Assembly: GCA_947628575.1 (NCBI GenBank)
Contig: CANRAK010000001.1
Location: forward strand, 1-35,245
DNA length: 35,245 bases
Direction: 5' to 3'
From: an uncultured Clostridia bacterium
GTDB taxonomy: Bacteria; Bacillota; Clostridia; TANB77; CAG-465
Below the pieces are notes generated by a model that saw only the letters and a program-made list of their open reading frames with translations, searched no databases and was not told the origin of the DNA. Position 1 is the first letter of the stretch; each line of letters begins with the position of its first letter. Shown here piece by piece: positions 7,662 to 16,385 of the stretch. Both the position numbers and the translations under genes were made by a program.

Positions 7662-8462
7662 CTAAAAGTTTAATTTGTTTATTATATCTGGTCCAATTAG
7701 CACTATTTGATATGTTATAAGGACTAGTATTATACCTAGTAATGCACTATATATCATATTAATAGTCTTAGCTTTAGTGTTTGATACTTTCATTCCAAAT
7801 ATCATAAAGCTTAATATTCCACATATTGTTGCAACTAAGAAACTTTTAGTTATAATAATTGCATAAGTAGAAAGTCCAAATGATAATGCAATGTTTAAGC
7901 TAGGACCTGTATGTGCATAATTTTCTCCTCTTCCAAAAAAGCCTTTCAAAATAACTATAAATATTGCTATCATAAATATAATAGTAAATAGTATATGTGA
8001 ATTTGATGCAAATATTGACGAGATTATAGCAGTAGTAGCATTTTTAAGCTTGTCCGCATATAGGAAGTATGCTACAACAACAGATATAGTAGATGAAATT
8101 AATACTCCACCTGCAGCTATATCTTTTGCTGCTTTTGCTCTATCATCGTATTTATCTGTAACAATGTCTACTATATATTCAGCAACCGAATTCATCATTT
8201 CAGAAAATATAACAAATCCTATTGTTAAACATAAGCATACAAATTCAACTTTACTAAATCCTAATACGATAGCTCCTAGTAGCACACAGATTGCTACTAA
8301 ATAGTCTATTCTTAAATTTCTCTCAGTTTTAAATGCTCTAATAACACCATCAATAGAATGACCCATTGCAGTAAAAAAGTTTTTGTTTTTTACATCCTTT
8401 AATTTTTCTAAGTTTTCTTCTCTCTTTTCTTCTTTTTTTTGTTGGTCAACACTATTCTTCAA
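7662..8462 (-). CDS. dgkA: Diacylglycerol/undecaprenol kinase (DgkA family) with an extra C-terminal multi-TM extension of about 120 aa
   Basis: DAGK_prokar signature FKTERNLRIDY...SEMMNSVAEYIVD...AKDIAAGGVLISS in the first half. The track start (TTG 8471) abuts the AGGAG at 8472-8476. The TTG at 8462 is 9 nt from that RBS and is preferred. This start overlaps the ybeY 3' end by 11 nt. The start remains uncertain. Confidence 0.8.
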   Translation of the reverse strand: MKNSVDQQKKEEKREENLEKLKDVKNKNFFTAMGHSIDGVIRAFKTERNLRIDYLVAICVLLGAIVLGFSKVEFVCLCLTIGFVIFSEMMNSVAEYIVDIVTDKYDDRAKAAKDIAAGGVLISSTISVVVAYFLYADKLKNATTAIISSIFASNSHILFTIIFMIAIFIVILKGFFGRGENYAHTGPSLNIALSFGLSTYAIIITKSFLVATICGILSFMIFGMKVSNTKAKTINMIYSALLGIILVLITYQIVLIGPDIINKLNF

Positions 8463-8964
8463 TTTTACCAACTCCTATTTTCTTTAAAATTTTTTCCTCT
8501 AGAGCTCTCATTTCTACTTTTTCTTCTAGTATTTCATGATCATAGCCTAATAAATGACAAACTCCATGTGTAATCATATATAACATTTCTCTTAGTATAC
8601 CTGTATTATACTCTAGTGCATGTTCTTTTAATACATCTATACAAATTATTATATCTCCAAGCTCTATTTCTTTCATCTTTTTGCTTTCTTCAGTATTTGA
8701 AAAACAATTTATTTCTTCTCTTGAAAATATAGGGAAAGATAATACATCTGTTGCTTTATCTATATTTCTATATTCCTTATTTATCTTTTGTATAGTTTCT
8801 TTATCTACTGCGTTTATTGAAATAGAAACATTTTCATTATCTATATTTTTTTCTTCTAAAGCTGTCTCTACAATAACGTTAATGTCTTGAGTTATATTTT
8901 TATCACATTCATCTTGAATACATTTTACTAGATTTTCATCTAGGTCTATATTTATTCTGTTCAT
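8452..8964 (-). CDS. ybeY: rRNA maturation endoribonuclease YbeY
   Basis: 170 aa. Metal-binding motif HGVCHLLGYDH (HxxxHxxGxxH). Conserved position upstream of dgkA. Confidence 0.9.
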   Translation of the reverse strand: MNRINIDLDENLVKCIQDECDKNITQDINVIVETALEEKNIDNENVSISINAVDKETIQKINKEYRNIDKATDVLSFPIFSREEINCFSNTEESKKMKEIELGDIIICIDVLKEHALEYNTGILREMLYMITHGVCHLLGYDHEILEEKVEMRALEEKILKKIGVGKIEE

Positions 8965-8965
8965 T

Positions 8966-10150
8966 TTATACCCTTTCTCTAAAATATCCTACTTCTTCTC
9001 TTACATCAAAAACTACCCTTACATTAATTTTTTCTTCATCTTCACTATCTATTATAATTTCTTTGTTTATAATTTGTGGATTTCTTAAATTAGGTAGAAT
9101 TTCTGTTTCCATATAATTTTGTGCATCACTGTCTATACTAGTCATTATATTTTCACGTGTTCTTTTAACAGTTTTTAAATTGTATATTCTAAATTTATAT
9201 GTAGAAAAAGCTATCTTATTTCCAAATAATTTAAATTCATTGCTATTTTTAATTATATCATACTTTAATGATTTATCCAAATAGTTTATATAATTTTCCT
9301 TATCATTTATATCAATTCCTATACTATATTTATTCTCACCGGTATATTCTTTCTCTTCAATTGTATAATTATATACACTCTTATATTCGTACTGTGTCTT
9401 TAATATTATTTGACCTTTTGCTGTAACATCCTTTGTATCTAAAAAATCGCTATAAATCTTTCCTTCAATTAAAATTCTACCTTCCTCAACATAGTCGCCT
9501 GCTTTAAGTATAGGTGTTCCATTTTCTACTACTATTTTATCTATTGTACCACTTTTATCTGATATTATATCTCCTATAGAATCTTCATTTATAGCGGTAT
9601 CTGGTAGTTTTGTTTTTTCAACAATCTTTACATTAGCCTTTGTTCCTTCTATATCTATTCCAGCCCATGCTATATCTGGAAGCTCAACTCTTAGTGAATT
9701 AATAACTTTCTTTGTTTTAATTCCCACCTTATTTTTCCCTATATAAATTCCTGATTCTTTTAGAGCATTATATATCTTTTCAGTAGATATATATGAATTT
9801 CCAGATATTTCTATATCCCATATAAACGTTGTTGAAAATATACTTAAACAAATAAATAAAATAAGTAAAATAAAGGCAATAGCTCTTTTTCTATATTTAA
9901 AAATCTCAAAGTATAAACCTCTTTTAGATATTATTTTTACTTTACATTTCGTTTTTCTTGCAATGCTTTTTAATTTTTTAAAATCTTTTATAGCTATAGT
10001 AAACCTAACTATTCCACTTACAATATTTTTTATATTCCATATTTTTATATTATTTATTCTACACAAGTTAATAAATCGCTCTGTAAAAAATCCTTGTATC
10101 TCTACTTCTACTATACCTTTTATTCTTTTAATTCCATCTTCTAATTCCAT
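8966..10150 (-). CDS. yqfD: Sporulation protein YqfD
   Basis: 394 aa. The N-terminal region (VEVEIQGFFTERFINLCRINNIKIW...), the central TM helix (AIAFILLILFICLSIF), then WDIEISGN...IAWAGIDIEGTKANVKIVEK are collinear with Bacillus YqfD. Follows yqfC. AGGAG RBS. Confidence 0.88.
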   Translation of the reverse strand: MELEDGIKRIKGIVEVEIQGFFTERFINLCRINNIKIWNIKNIVSGIVRFTIAIKDFKKLKSIARKTKCKVKIISKRGLYFEIFKYRKRAIAFILLILFICLSIFSTTFIWDIEISGNSYISTEKIYNALKESGIYIGKNKVGIKTKKVINSLRVELPDIAWAGIDIEGTKANVKIVEKTKLPDTAINEDSIGDIISDKSGTIDKIVVENGTPILKAGDYVEEGRILIEGKIYSDFLDTKDVTAKGQIILKTQYEYKSVYNYTIEEKEYTGENKYSIGIDINDKENYINYLDKSLKYDIIKNSNEFKLFGNKIAFSTYKFRIYNLKTVKRTRENIMTSIDSDAQNYMETEILPNLRNPQIINKEIIIDSEDEEKINVRVVFDVREEVGYFRERV

Positions 10151-10157
10151 ATATCTC

Positions 10158-10487
10158 CTATCTTTTTATATATCCAATATTACTTATCTGTCCAGATATT
10201 AGTAGTTCTGTATCACTAATATCATTTATATTTAAATCTTTACCATCTAAAATAATGTATATGTTATTGGTCTGAATTTTAATATAGTTATCATAATAAT
10301 CTACTATATTATTGTATCCTTCAACTAATAGCTCTTTATTCTCAATCATAGTTATCTTAGTATAGTCATATACTAACTCATCTGGAAGATTTAATTTTTC
10401 TAAAAACTTCTCTTTAGCAACAGATATCTTGCTTTTAAAATTTATCTTTTTTAAAAATTTCTTTCCTTCTTTACTTCTATTACTCAA
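10158..10487 (-). CDS. yqfC: Sporulation protein YqfC (YabP/YqfC family)
   Basis: 109 aa. LNLPDELVYDYTKITMIENKELLVEGYNNIVDYYDNYI...ELLISGQISNIGY fits the YabP/YqfC pattern. TTG start with a GGGAGTG RBS 8 nt upstream. Immediately upstream of yqfD. Confidence 0.8.
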   Translation of the reverse strand: MSNRSKEGKKFLKKINFKSKISVAKEKFLEKLNLPDELVYDYTKITMIENKELLVEGYNNIVDYYDNYIKIQTNNIYIILDGKDLNINDISDTELLISGQISNIGYIKR

Positions 10488-10583
10488 AAATTATCACTCC
10501 CATTAAATTATATTTTTATATATTACATTTTATTCTACATATAAATAATTATGTTATTTAGTAATAGCTTTTTGCTTTAAATA

Positions 10584-10612
10584 TTGACAAATACAAATTT
10601 TTGTAGTAGTAT
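10584..10612 (+). promoter_or_regulatory. Sigma-A-type promoter for the LytTR regulator gene
   Basis: TTGACA, 17 nt, TAGTAT. The predicted transcription start near 10619 lies just before the GGAGG RBS and ATG 10637. Confidence 0.45.
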
Positions 10613-10636
10613 TTACTTATTGACTTGGAGGAAATT

Positions 10637-11311
10637 ATGATTAAAATTGCACTTTGTGACGATAATCTAGAATCTATTGTAACTTTGCAAAAAATGTTAG
10701 AGTCTGAAATAATTGAGCAAAAACTTGAAGCTGAGATATGCTTAGTTACAGATAAACAAGAAGAAATTGAAAAAAACATAATTAATAATAGCATAGATAT
10801 ACTAATACTAGATGTTGAATTTAAAAATGGCGATTTAAATGGTATTGAATTTGCTAAAAAACTTAGGAAATATAACAAAGAATTTTATCTTATATTTTTA
10901 TCTGCACACCAAAGATTTTTATATCCTGCACTAGTAACAAAGATTTTTGATTATATAGTAAAGCCAGCAAATAAAGATACAATACACGACTTGGTTTATA
11001 GGATAAAAGATGAATTTAGTTCTAATACTAGCCTATTTGTACAAATTAATAAGTGGCAATCTATTAAAGCTAGTGAGATAATATATATGGAAAAAAGCAT
11101 AAATAGAACAATTATTACTACAACTAGTGGAAAAATATCTTGTACTAAAACATTAGATAAAATGCAAGACTGTCTGCCAGATAACTTTGTAAGATGCCAT
11201 CGTTCATTTATTATTAATAAAAATAAAATTATATCTATAGATAAAAAAGAGAAAGAAGTAATTTTAGAAAATAATCTTTCTTGTCCAATAAATAACAAGT
11301 TTGAAACATAA
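10637..11311 (+). CDS. Two-component response regulator, REC plus LytTR DNA-binding domain
   Basis: Receiver residues are present (CDDN, phospho-acceptor in LILDVEF, FLSAH, IVKP). The C-terminal LytTR domain reads IIYMEKSINRTIITT...FVRCHRSFIINKNKI. The start was moved to ATG 10637, with GGAGG at 10627-10631. The track start at 10625 is a non-ATG codon without an RBS. Confidence 0.85.
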   Translation: MIKIALCDDNLESIVTLQKMLESEIIEQKLEAEICLVTDKQEEIEKNIINNSIDILILDVEFKNGDLNGIEFAKKLRKYNKEFYLIFLSAHQRFLYPALVTKIFDYIVKPANKDTIHDLVYRIKDEFSSNTSLFVQINKWQSIKASEIIYMEKSINRTIITTTSGKISCTKTLDKMQDCLPDNFVRCHRSFIINKNKIISIDKKEKEVILENNLSCPINNKFET

Positions 11312-11349
11312 AAAAATACGCTACATTAAAAAATGTAACGTATTTTTTT
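11311..11349. terminator. Bidirectional terminator between the convergent LytTR regulator and WG-repeat genes
   Basis: An 11-bp stem, 11316-11326 paired with 11333-11343, with one C-A mismatch that becomes a G-U pair on the minus transcript. It is flanked by an A run (11311-11315/16) and a T run (11343/44-11349), the inner base of each run also forming the closing stem pair. Confidence 0.65.
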
Positions 11350-11355
11350 CTTTTA

Positions 11356-12966
11356 TTATTTTTCAACAACTAATTTTCCATCAAATGTATATAATCCATT
11401 AGTTAGTTCAACTATATTTACAGTTTCATCTCTATTTACATAGTCTGCTGATTGATATGTAAATGTTTGTTTTCCTGTTTCTATGCTATACACTGCAACG
11501 TTTCCTTCGTTTTCAATTGCAGCATATTTTTCTGCATAAAATGCTTTCTTACCAGTAGCTTTTTCTACAATTACTTTTCCATCATTGTTAACTACAGATA
11601 CTGTATTATCTACATTATTCTCAATTACTAGATACTCTTTATTTGCTGTAATTTCATCTGCATCAGTAAGTTGAATTTCTTTCTTATTTCCTAGTAATAA
11701 TGTTCTTGTAGCTACTCCTTGTGAATCATATTTAGTAAGGATTAAACCTGCTCCTTTTTGTGTATAATCACTTATATTATCTATAACTTTATGACCTTTA
11801 AAATCATAAGCTTCTAATTTATTACTAGAAGTTATAGGAGTTAGCATTAGGTATTGTAATTTATCTATACTATTTCCTGTATATTCATATCCTTCAACTT
11901 TTGTTTCCTTCTTATTTTCATTAATTATCTTTACGCTATCTTCTTCATTTACTATGAAGTATATATTATCATCTATGTCTTTAACAGGAATTATTCTTGA
12001 AGTACTTTCTAATACTTTCTTAAAGTTTGTATCATATACTGTATATTGATATTCTCTTGTTCCAGATGTAGCATTTCTTTGCTCTATAACAACGTATTTT
12101 TTAAAGTATACTCTTGCATCAGAAGTATAATCTTGTGAAACGTCTATTTCTTCTTTTAATTTTAATTTGTTATCATAGAAAGATATTTTTCCATCAGTTT
12201 TTAATACATTATATGAGAAGTTAACATCTTGAATATCTTTAAATAGCTCTTCTCCTGTTACTAAATCAAAATATCTTCTAACATTATCTACAGATATGTA
12301 TATTACACTATCATAATCACTGTTAAATTTATTAGAATATGATATGCTATGTAGCGCACTATCTGTATCCATTAATACTTTTCCTGTTTCACTTATAAAA
12401 TAATATTTATTATCTTTTTGACATTCAAATATTACTTCAGTTGCTTCTTGTACAGTAGTTATAGATATATAACTATATTCTGGTTCTATTATTGTTTTAC
12501 CTTTATAGTCTATAACACCGTAGTTTCCATCTTTTTCTACTTTATAATACTTACCACCAATTACTTGTATTATACTACTATATTCTCCAAATTTTACTAC
12601 TTGTTTGTTACTCTTATTTATTAATGCCATTGGGTTTGGTCCTGAACCATCTTCGTTAGCTTTAGATACACATGTAACATCATAGTAGAAATCATTCATT
12701 GATGTATATCCTTCATAAGTTTTTACATTACCGTCTAAATCAACAAATGTATATGTATTATCTTTTACATTTACCATTTTTTGGTATCCAATTAATCCTT
12801 CTTCATTCTTATTAGTTTTCATACAAGCTTTAATTAGTACAACTAATACGATAGCGACTACTATTAATATAGCTAAACGTACTATTGGTCTTCTTAAAAT
12901 ATCACCTATTTTTATATTGGCTTTTTTAGTTGTTGCTCTACTTTTTTGATTTGTTATTTCGCTCAT
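11356..12966 (-). CDS. Membrane-anchored WG-repeat (KWG-like) protein
   Basis: 536 aa. Basic N-terminus plus one TM helix (LAILIVVAIVLVVLI). Repeated beta-propeller-like units follow, e.g. KDGNYGVIDYKGKTIIEPEYSYI, matching the WG-containing repeat consensus (gkwGlid..Gk.viep.Yd.i). AGAGGT RBS. Confidence 0.6.
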   Translation of the reverse strand: MSEITNQKSRATTKKANIKIGDILRRPIVRLAILIVVAIVLVVLIKACMKTNKNEEGLIGYQKMVNVKDNTYTFVDLDGNVKTYEGYTSMNDFYYDVTCVSKANEDGSGPNPMALINKSNKQVVKFGEYSSIIQVIGGKYYKVEKDGNYGVIDYKGKTIIEPEYSYISITTVQEATEVIFECQKDNKYYFISETGKVLMDTDSALHSISYSNKFNSDYDSVIYISVDNVRRYFDLVTGEELFKDIQDVNFSYNVLKTDGKISFYDNKLKLKEEIDVSQDYTSDARVYFKKYVVIEQRNATSGTREYQYTVYDTNFKKVLESTSRIIPVKDIDDNIYFIVNEEDSVKIINENKKETKVEGYEYTGNSIDKLQYLMLTPITSSNKLEAYDFKGHKVIDNISDYTQKGAGLILTKYDSQGVATRTLLLGNKKEIQLTDADEITANKEYLVIENNVDNTVSVVNNDGKVIVEKATGKKAFYAEKYAAIENEGNVAVYSIETGKQTFTYQSADYVNRDETVNIVELTNGLYTFDGKLVVEK

Positions 12967-13054
12967 TTTATACCTCTTTTCTTTTAAACCAAATTATATG
13001 TATATCGTACACTATTTTATATTTTTTGTCAATATTTTCCATATATTCACACAA

Positions 13055-13684
13055 TTATATTTTTATCTTTTTTCCGCCGTTATTTTCATATATAAGATAT
13101 AGATTTTCTTTGCTAAAATTATCCTTAAATTCAAATCTAATATTACCATTATTGATTTCGTTTTCTACTAAGCTATTTAGTTTTAATGAATTATTACCTA
13201 CTGTATATTTAGGATAGTATATTTCATTATTTAAGGAATCATATATATAAAAATTATATAAAGATAATTTAACATCCGCCTTATTCACTATTATGTCCAT
13301 ATTAACGTCACATATATTTCCATCTATTATTTTATTATTTACTTTTAAATTTACTTTATCCTCTATCTCTATACTTTTGCCTAATTTATATTCGTTATAA
13401 TTATCTAATTCATATTTATAACTATTATTAATATTATTACCATTTTTTAAATTCATATTAAAAAATTCAATATTTACTAATGTAGAAACGCTTATAGCTA
13501 CAACTATAACAATTGTTGATATAACTGCTACCTCTTTTTTCTTTACATTTTGTTTATCTTTTAAAAGTAGCATAATGAAAACTATACAAAATAGCGCACC
13601 TATAAACGTTATAGCTATTCCAAACAATGGTATAAATGAAAATATAAATGAAATTATTGCTAATATTAGCGTTAATAAACTCAT
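13055..13684 (-). CDS. Membrane protein, DUF4190-like N-terminus plus DUF4352-like extracellular beta domain
   Basis: 209 aa. Two or three N-terminal TM helices (LILAIISFIFSFIPLFGIAITFIGALFCIV), then an N/K/I-rich predicted beta-rich ectodomain. AGGAGG RBS. Only 12 nt downstream of the preceding gene. The family call is by eye and weak. Confidence 0.45.
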   Translation of the reverse strand: MSLLTLILAIISFIFSFIPLFGIAITFIGALFCIVFIMLLLKDKQNVKKKEVAVISTIVIVVAISVSTLVNIEFFNMNLKNGNNINNSYKYELDNYNEYKLGKSIEIEDKVNLKVNNKIIDGNICDVNMDIIVNKADVKLSLYNFYIYDSLNNEIYYPKYTVGNNSLKLNSLVENEINNGNIRFEFKDNFSKENLYLIYENNGGKKIKI

Positions 13685-13696
13685 AATATCCTCCTA

Positions 13697-14008
13697 TTAT
13701 ATTTTATAATCATCAAAAATTGTACTATTATCTAGCATCCATTCTATTTGTTCCTTAGCTGTATATGTGCTAGTATATAATACATCTAAGATTTGATCTA
13801 CTTCTTTTTGAAATAATCTTTTATAATTATCTCTTACATGTATTATATAATCATACATGTACCACTTCTTATCTAACTTTACTTTCTTATACTTAAGCAT
13901 CTTCTTAAAGTGCTTTTTATAACATTCAATTAAAATTTGTTTGGCTTCTTCATATTGCTTTTTACTAGTTTGCCTCTTTATCTTTTTTTCTAACTTAATA
14001 CTATTCAT
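13697..14008 (-). CDS. Hypothetical small lysine-rich protein
   Basis: 103 aa with an ATG start. Predicted helical, basic N-terminal half and acidic C-terminus. No recognisable motif. Weak RBS (GTGG). Appears co-transcribed with the 209-aa membrane protein. Confidence 0.45.
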   Translation of the reverse strand: MNSIKLEKKIKRQTSKKQYEEAKQILIECYKKHFKKMLKYKKVKLDKKWYMYDYIIHVRDNYKRLFQKEVDQILDVLYTSTYTAKEQIEWMLDNSTIFDDYKI

Positions 14009-14053
14009 ACAACCACTAAGAAAACTATATCATAAAAAGTAAACTTAGACAAG

Positions 14054-14080
14054 AAAAAATACTCCATTTTCATGAAGTAT
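14054..14080 (-). terminator. Rho-independent terminator of secD-secF
   Basis: On the minus transcript, AUACUUCAU-GAAA-AUGGAGUAU forms 9 bp including one G-U pair, with a GAAA loop. A U run follows. Confidence 0.65.
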
Positions 14081-14101
14081 TTTAACTATATTTTATATTG
14101 T

Positions 14102-15004
14102 TTATGCTTTCTTAATTTTTTTAACTAAGTTATCTAATGAATACCATAGATTTGATGCAACAAATATTGAAGAGAAAGCTCCTTCTATTATACCAATGCT
14201 AAGTGGTATTGCAAATTCTTTTAATGTTTCTTGGTCATTTATAATTGCAAATATAAGTACTGTACCAATAGCAGTTAAAGTTGTAAGAGAAGTAACTATT
14301 GTTCTCTTTAGTGTTTGGTTAACACTATTATTTATTACTTCAGCAGTATTATTAGATTTTGTAACTAATCTTTTATTTTCTCTTATTCTATCATAAATTA
14401 TAATTGTAGCATTAATTGAGTAACCAATTATTGTTAATATAACTGCAACAAATGTTGAGTTGATTGGGAACTTAAATACGCCATATACAGCAAATAAGAA
14501 TGAAACATCACACATTAATGTTGCTACTGCTGAAAAAGCTGCTGTATAACCTAAAGTTCTAAATCTAATAGCAATATATACTAGTAATAATACTATTGAT
14601 ACTACTACAGCAATAATTGCTGAATTTAATAAGTCTTTACCATAAGAAGCCTGTACATTTTTACTTGTTGCCTCTCCCATATTAGTGTATTTTTGTCCTA
14701 ATGCAGTTATTACTTCATCTGCTGTTTCTTCAGATATTATTTGAGTTGTAATAGATACTGCATTATTTCCACCACTTGTTGTTTGTACTTCAGGTGTTTG
14801 ACCTGTTACTTGTGAAACAATATCATTTATATCACTAACTGAATATTCTTCATTTAGTTCTACTTGTATTCTTGTACCACCTTTAAAGTCTATATCAAAC
14901 TTATATCCAGATACAAATCCATATATTATTCCTGCTAAGATTATTACTAAAAAGGCAATTAAAATAACATTTTTATTTTTTACGTAATCAAAATTAAACT
15001 TCAT
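14102..15004 (-). CDS. secF: Protein translocase subunit SecF
   Basis: 300 aa. FDIDFKGGT motif and six-TM SecD/SecF topology. The start lies 1 nt after the secD stop, with GGAGGT inside the secD 3' end. Confidence 0.92.
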   Translation of the reverse strand: MKFNFDYVKNKNVILIAFLVIILAGIIYGFVSGYKFDIDFKGGTRIQVELNEEYSVSDINDIVSQVTGQTPEVQTTSGGNNAVSITTQIISEETADEVITALGQKYTNMGEATSKNVQASYGKDLLNSAIIAVVVSIVLLLVYIAIRFRTLGYTAAFSAVATLMCDVSFLFAVYGVFKFPINSTFVAVILTIIGYSINATIIIYDRIRENKRLVTKSNNTAEVINNSVNQTLKRTIVTSLTTLTAIGTVLIFAIINDQETLKEFAIPLSIGIIEGAFSSIFVASNLWYSLDNLVKKIKKA

Positions 15005-15005
15005 G

Positions 15006-16301
15006 TTACTCTACCTCCTTTTTTAATCCAAATAGGAAAGTTCCTTTATTTGCCATAGGCATAAATTGTTTTAGTATCCATTTTGTAATAACAACTGCTG
15101 TAAATAAACTTAAAATTATACCAATTGCTAGTACAATACCAAATCCTTTAACCATTCCTGAGCCTAGGATATATAATACTAAAGCAACTATTATTGTTGT
15201 AATGTTTCCATCAACAATTGTGCTCATAGCATTTTTAAAGCTCTTATCAAAAGCTTTCTTATATGCAAGCTTTTTAGCTAATTCTTCTTTTAATCTTTCA
15301 TAAATAATTACATTTGCATCTACAGCCATACCTATAGATAAGATTAATCCTGCTATACCAGATAATGTTAATGTAGTACCTGTATTAGCAATAATTAGTA
15401 ATAATATTGATGTATATATCATAAGTGAAATTGTAGATACAATTCCAGGTAGTCTATATATTACTATCATAATTACACATATTAATATTAAAGCAATTAT
15501 TCCAGCTTTAACACTAACATCTAAAGCATGTTGTCCTACATAAGGTCCTATATATTCTTTATTTATAACATTTAAACTAAATGGTAAACTTCCTGAATCA
15601 ATTAACATAGCATATTCTTCTGCTATTTCTTTCTTTTCAGCATTAGTTCCTTGACCTACTGTTATAATTGCTGTTGAAGAATCTATTTTTGAATTAACAA
15701 CAGGTGAAGTAATACATTCATCATCTAAATAAATAGGCATTTCTTTATTTACTAAATTTCCTGTTGCTTCAGCAAATTTCTTTGTACCATCACTACTAAA
15801 AGTTAGTACAACATGTGGATTAGGCATACCTGTATTATCTGTAGGGTCATCACTATATTTAGCAGAAACTATATCATCCCCTTCTAATAATACATTTCCA
15901 TCAGGGTCTCTAAATTGTATTACTGCTGTTTTATCTAATCCTTCTACAGCTGCTAAGGGATCTACTGTTGTATCACTAGTATCTGTTGGTATTTCAACAT
16001 TTATTTGATTTGTATTTGTATCAAGTCTAATAATATAATCATAGATGTTCTTAGCTTCTAATCTTTTTTGTATAACTGTTTTTGATTTTTCTAAATCGTC
16101 AGCTGTAATTTCTTTTCCATCTTCTACTTGAGCTTCATATACAATAGTTACACCACCATTGATATCTAGTCCAAATTTGATATCTCTTGCACTATGGATA
16201 ATAGTTTTATCTCCTATTTTAATTCCAAATAAAGCAAGGTAACCTAAAAGAACCATTACAGCAATAGAAATTACTATTTTAATAATATTACCTTTCTTCA
16301 A
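15006..16301 (-). CDS. secD: Protein translocase subunit SecD
   Basis: 431 aa. GLDINGGVTIVYEA motif, a periplasmic-type P1 domain, and a C-terminal six-TM block with GIAGLILSIGMAVDANVIIYERLKEE. TTG start preceded by GGAGGG. Confidence 0.92.
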   Translation of the reverse strand: MKKGNIIKIVISIAVMVLLGYLALFGIKIGDKTIIHSARDIKFGLDINGGVTIVYEAQVEDGKEITADDLEKSKTVIQKRLEAKNIYDYIIRLDTNTNQINVEIPTDTSDTTVDPLAAVEGLDKTAVIQFRDPDGNVLLEGDDIVSAKYSDDPTDNTGMPNPHVVLTFSSDGTKKFAEATGNLVNKEMPIYLDDECITSPVVNSKIDSSTAIITVGQGTNAEKKEIAEEYAMLIDSGSLPFSLNVINKEYIGPYVGQHALDVSVKAGIIALILICVIMIVIYRLPGIVSTISLMIYTSILLLIIANTGTTLTLSGIAGLILSIGMAVDANVIIYERLKEELAKKLAYKKAFDKSFKNAMSTIVDGNITTIIVALVLYILGSGMVKGFGIVLAIGIILSLFTAVVITKWILKQFMPMANKGTFLFGLKKEVE

Positions 16302-16326
16302 TTAAATCCCTCCTATAACAATTGTT

Positions 16327-16355
16327 ATTATACTATTTTTAAATAGCATAGTCAA
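16327..16355 (-). promoter_or_regulatory. Sigma-A-type promoter for secD-secF
   Basis: The minus strand reads TTGACT, 17 nt, TATAAT. It lies between the upstream hairpin and the secD RBS. Confidence 0.6.
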
Positions 16356-16356
16356 C

Positions 16357-16384
16357 AAAAAGCTACATGAAAGTAGCTTTTTTT
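16357..16384 (-). terminator. Probable terminator after the PH-domain gene
   Basis: Stem agctac (16361-16366) paired with gtagct (16373-16378), extendable through the flanking A and T runs. The U tract on the minus strand is short (4-5), so this is weaker. Confidence 0.45.
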
Positions 16385-16385
16385 C

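Noticed and set aside
7662-8021. Reading the DgkA C-terminal extension as a PAP2 phosphatase (KGFFGRGEN, GPSLN and SNTKAKTINMIY resemble KxxxxxxRP, PSGH and SRxxxxxHxxxD)
   Set aside because: The catalytic His, Arg and Asp positions are all substituted. The spacing between the first two motifs is far too short for PAP2. The resemblance is too weak to assert without profile or structure comparison.
10558-10878. 106-aa minus-strand ORF spanning the yqfC/LytTR intergenic region and the 5' end of the LytTR gene
   Set aside because: It overlaps the promoter, RBS and receiver-domain coding sequence of a well-supported regulator. It has no RBS and encodes a serine/leucine-rich nonsense-like sequence.
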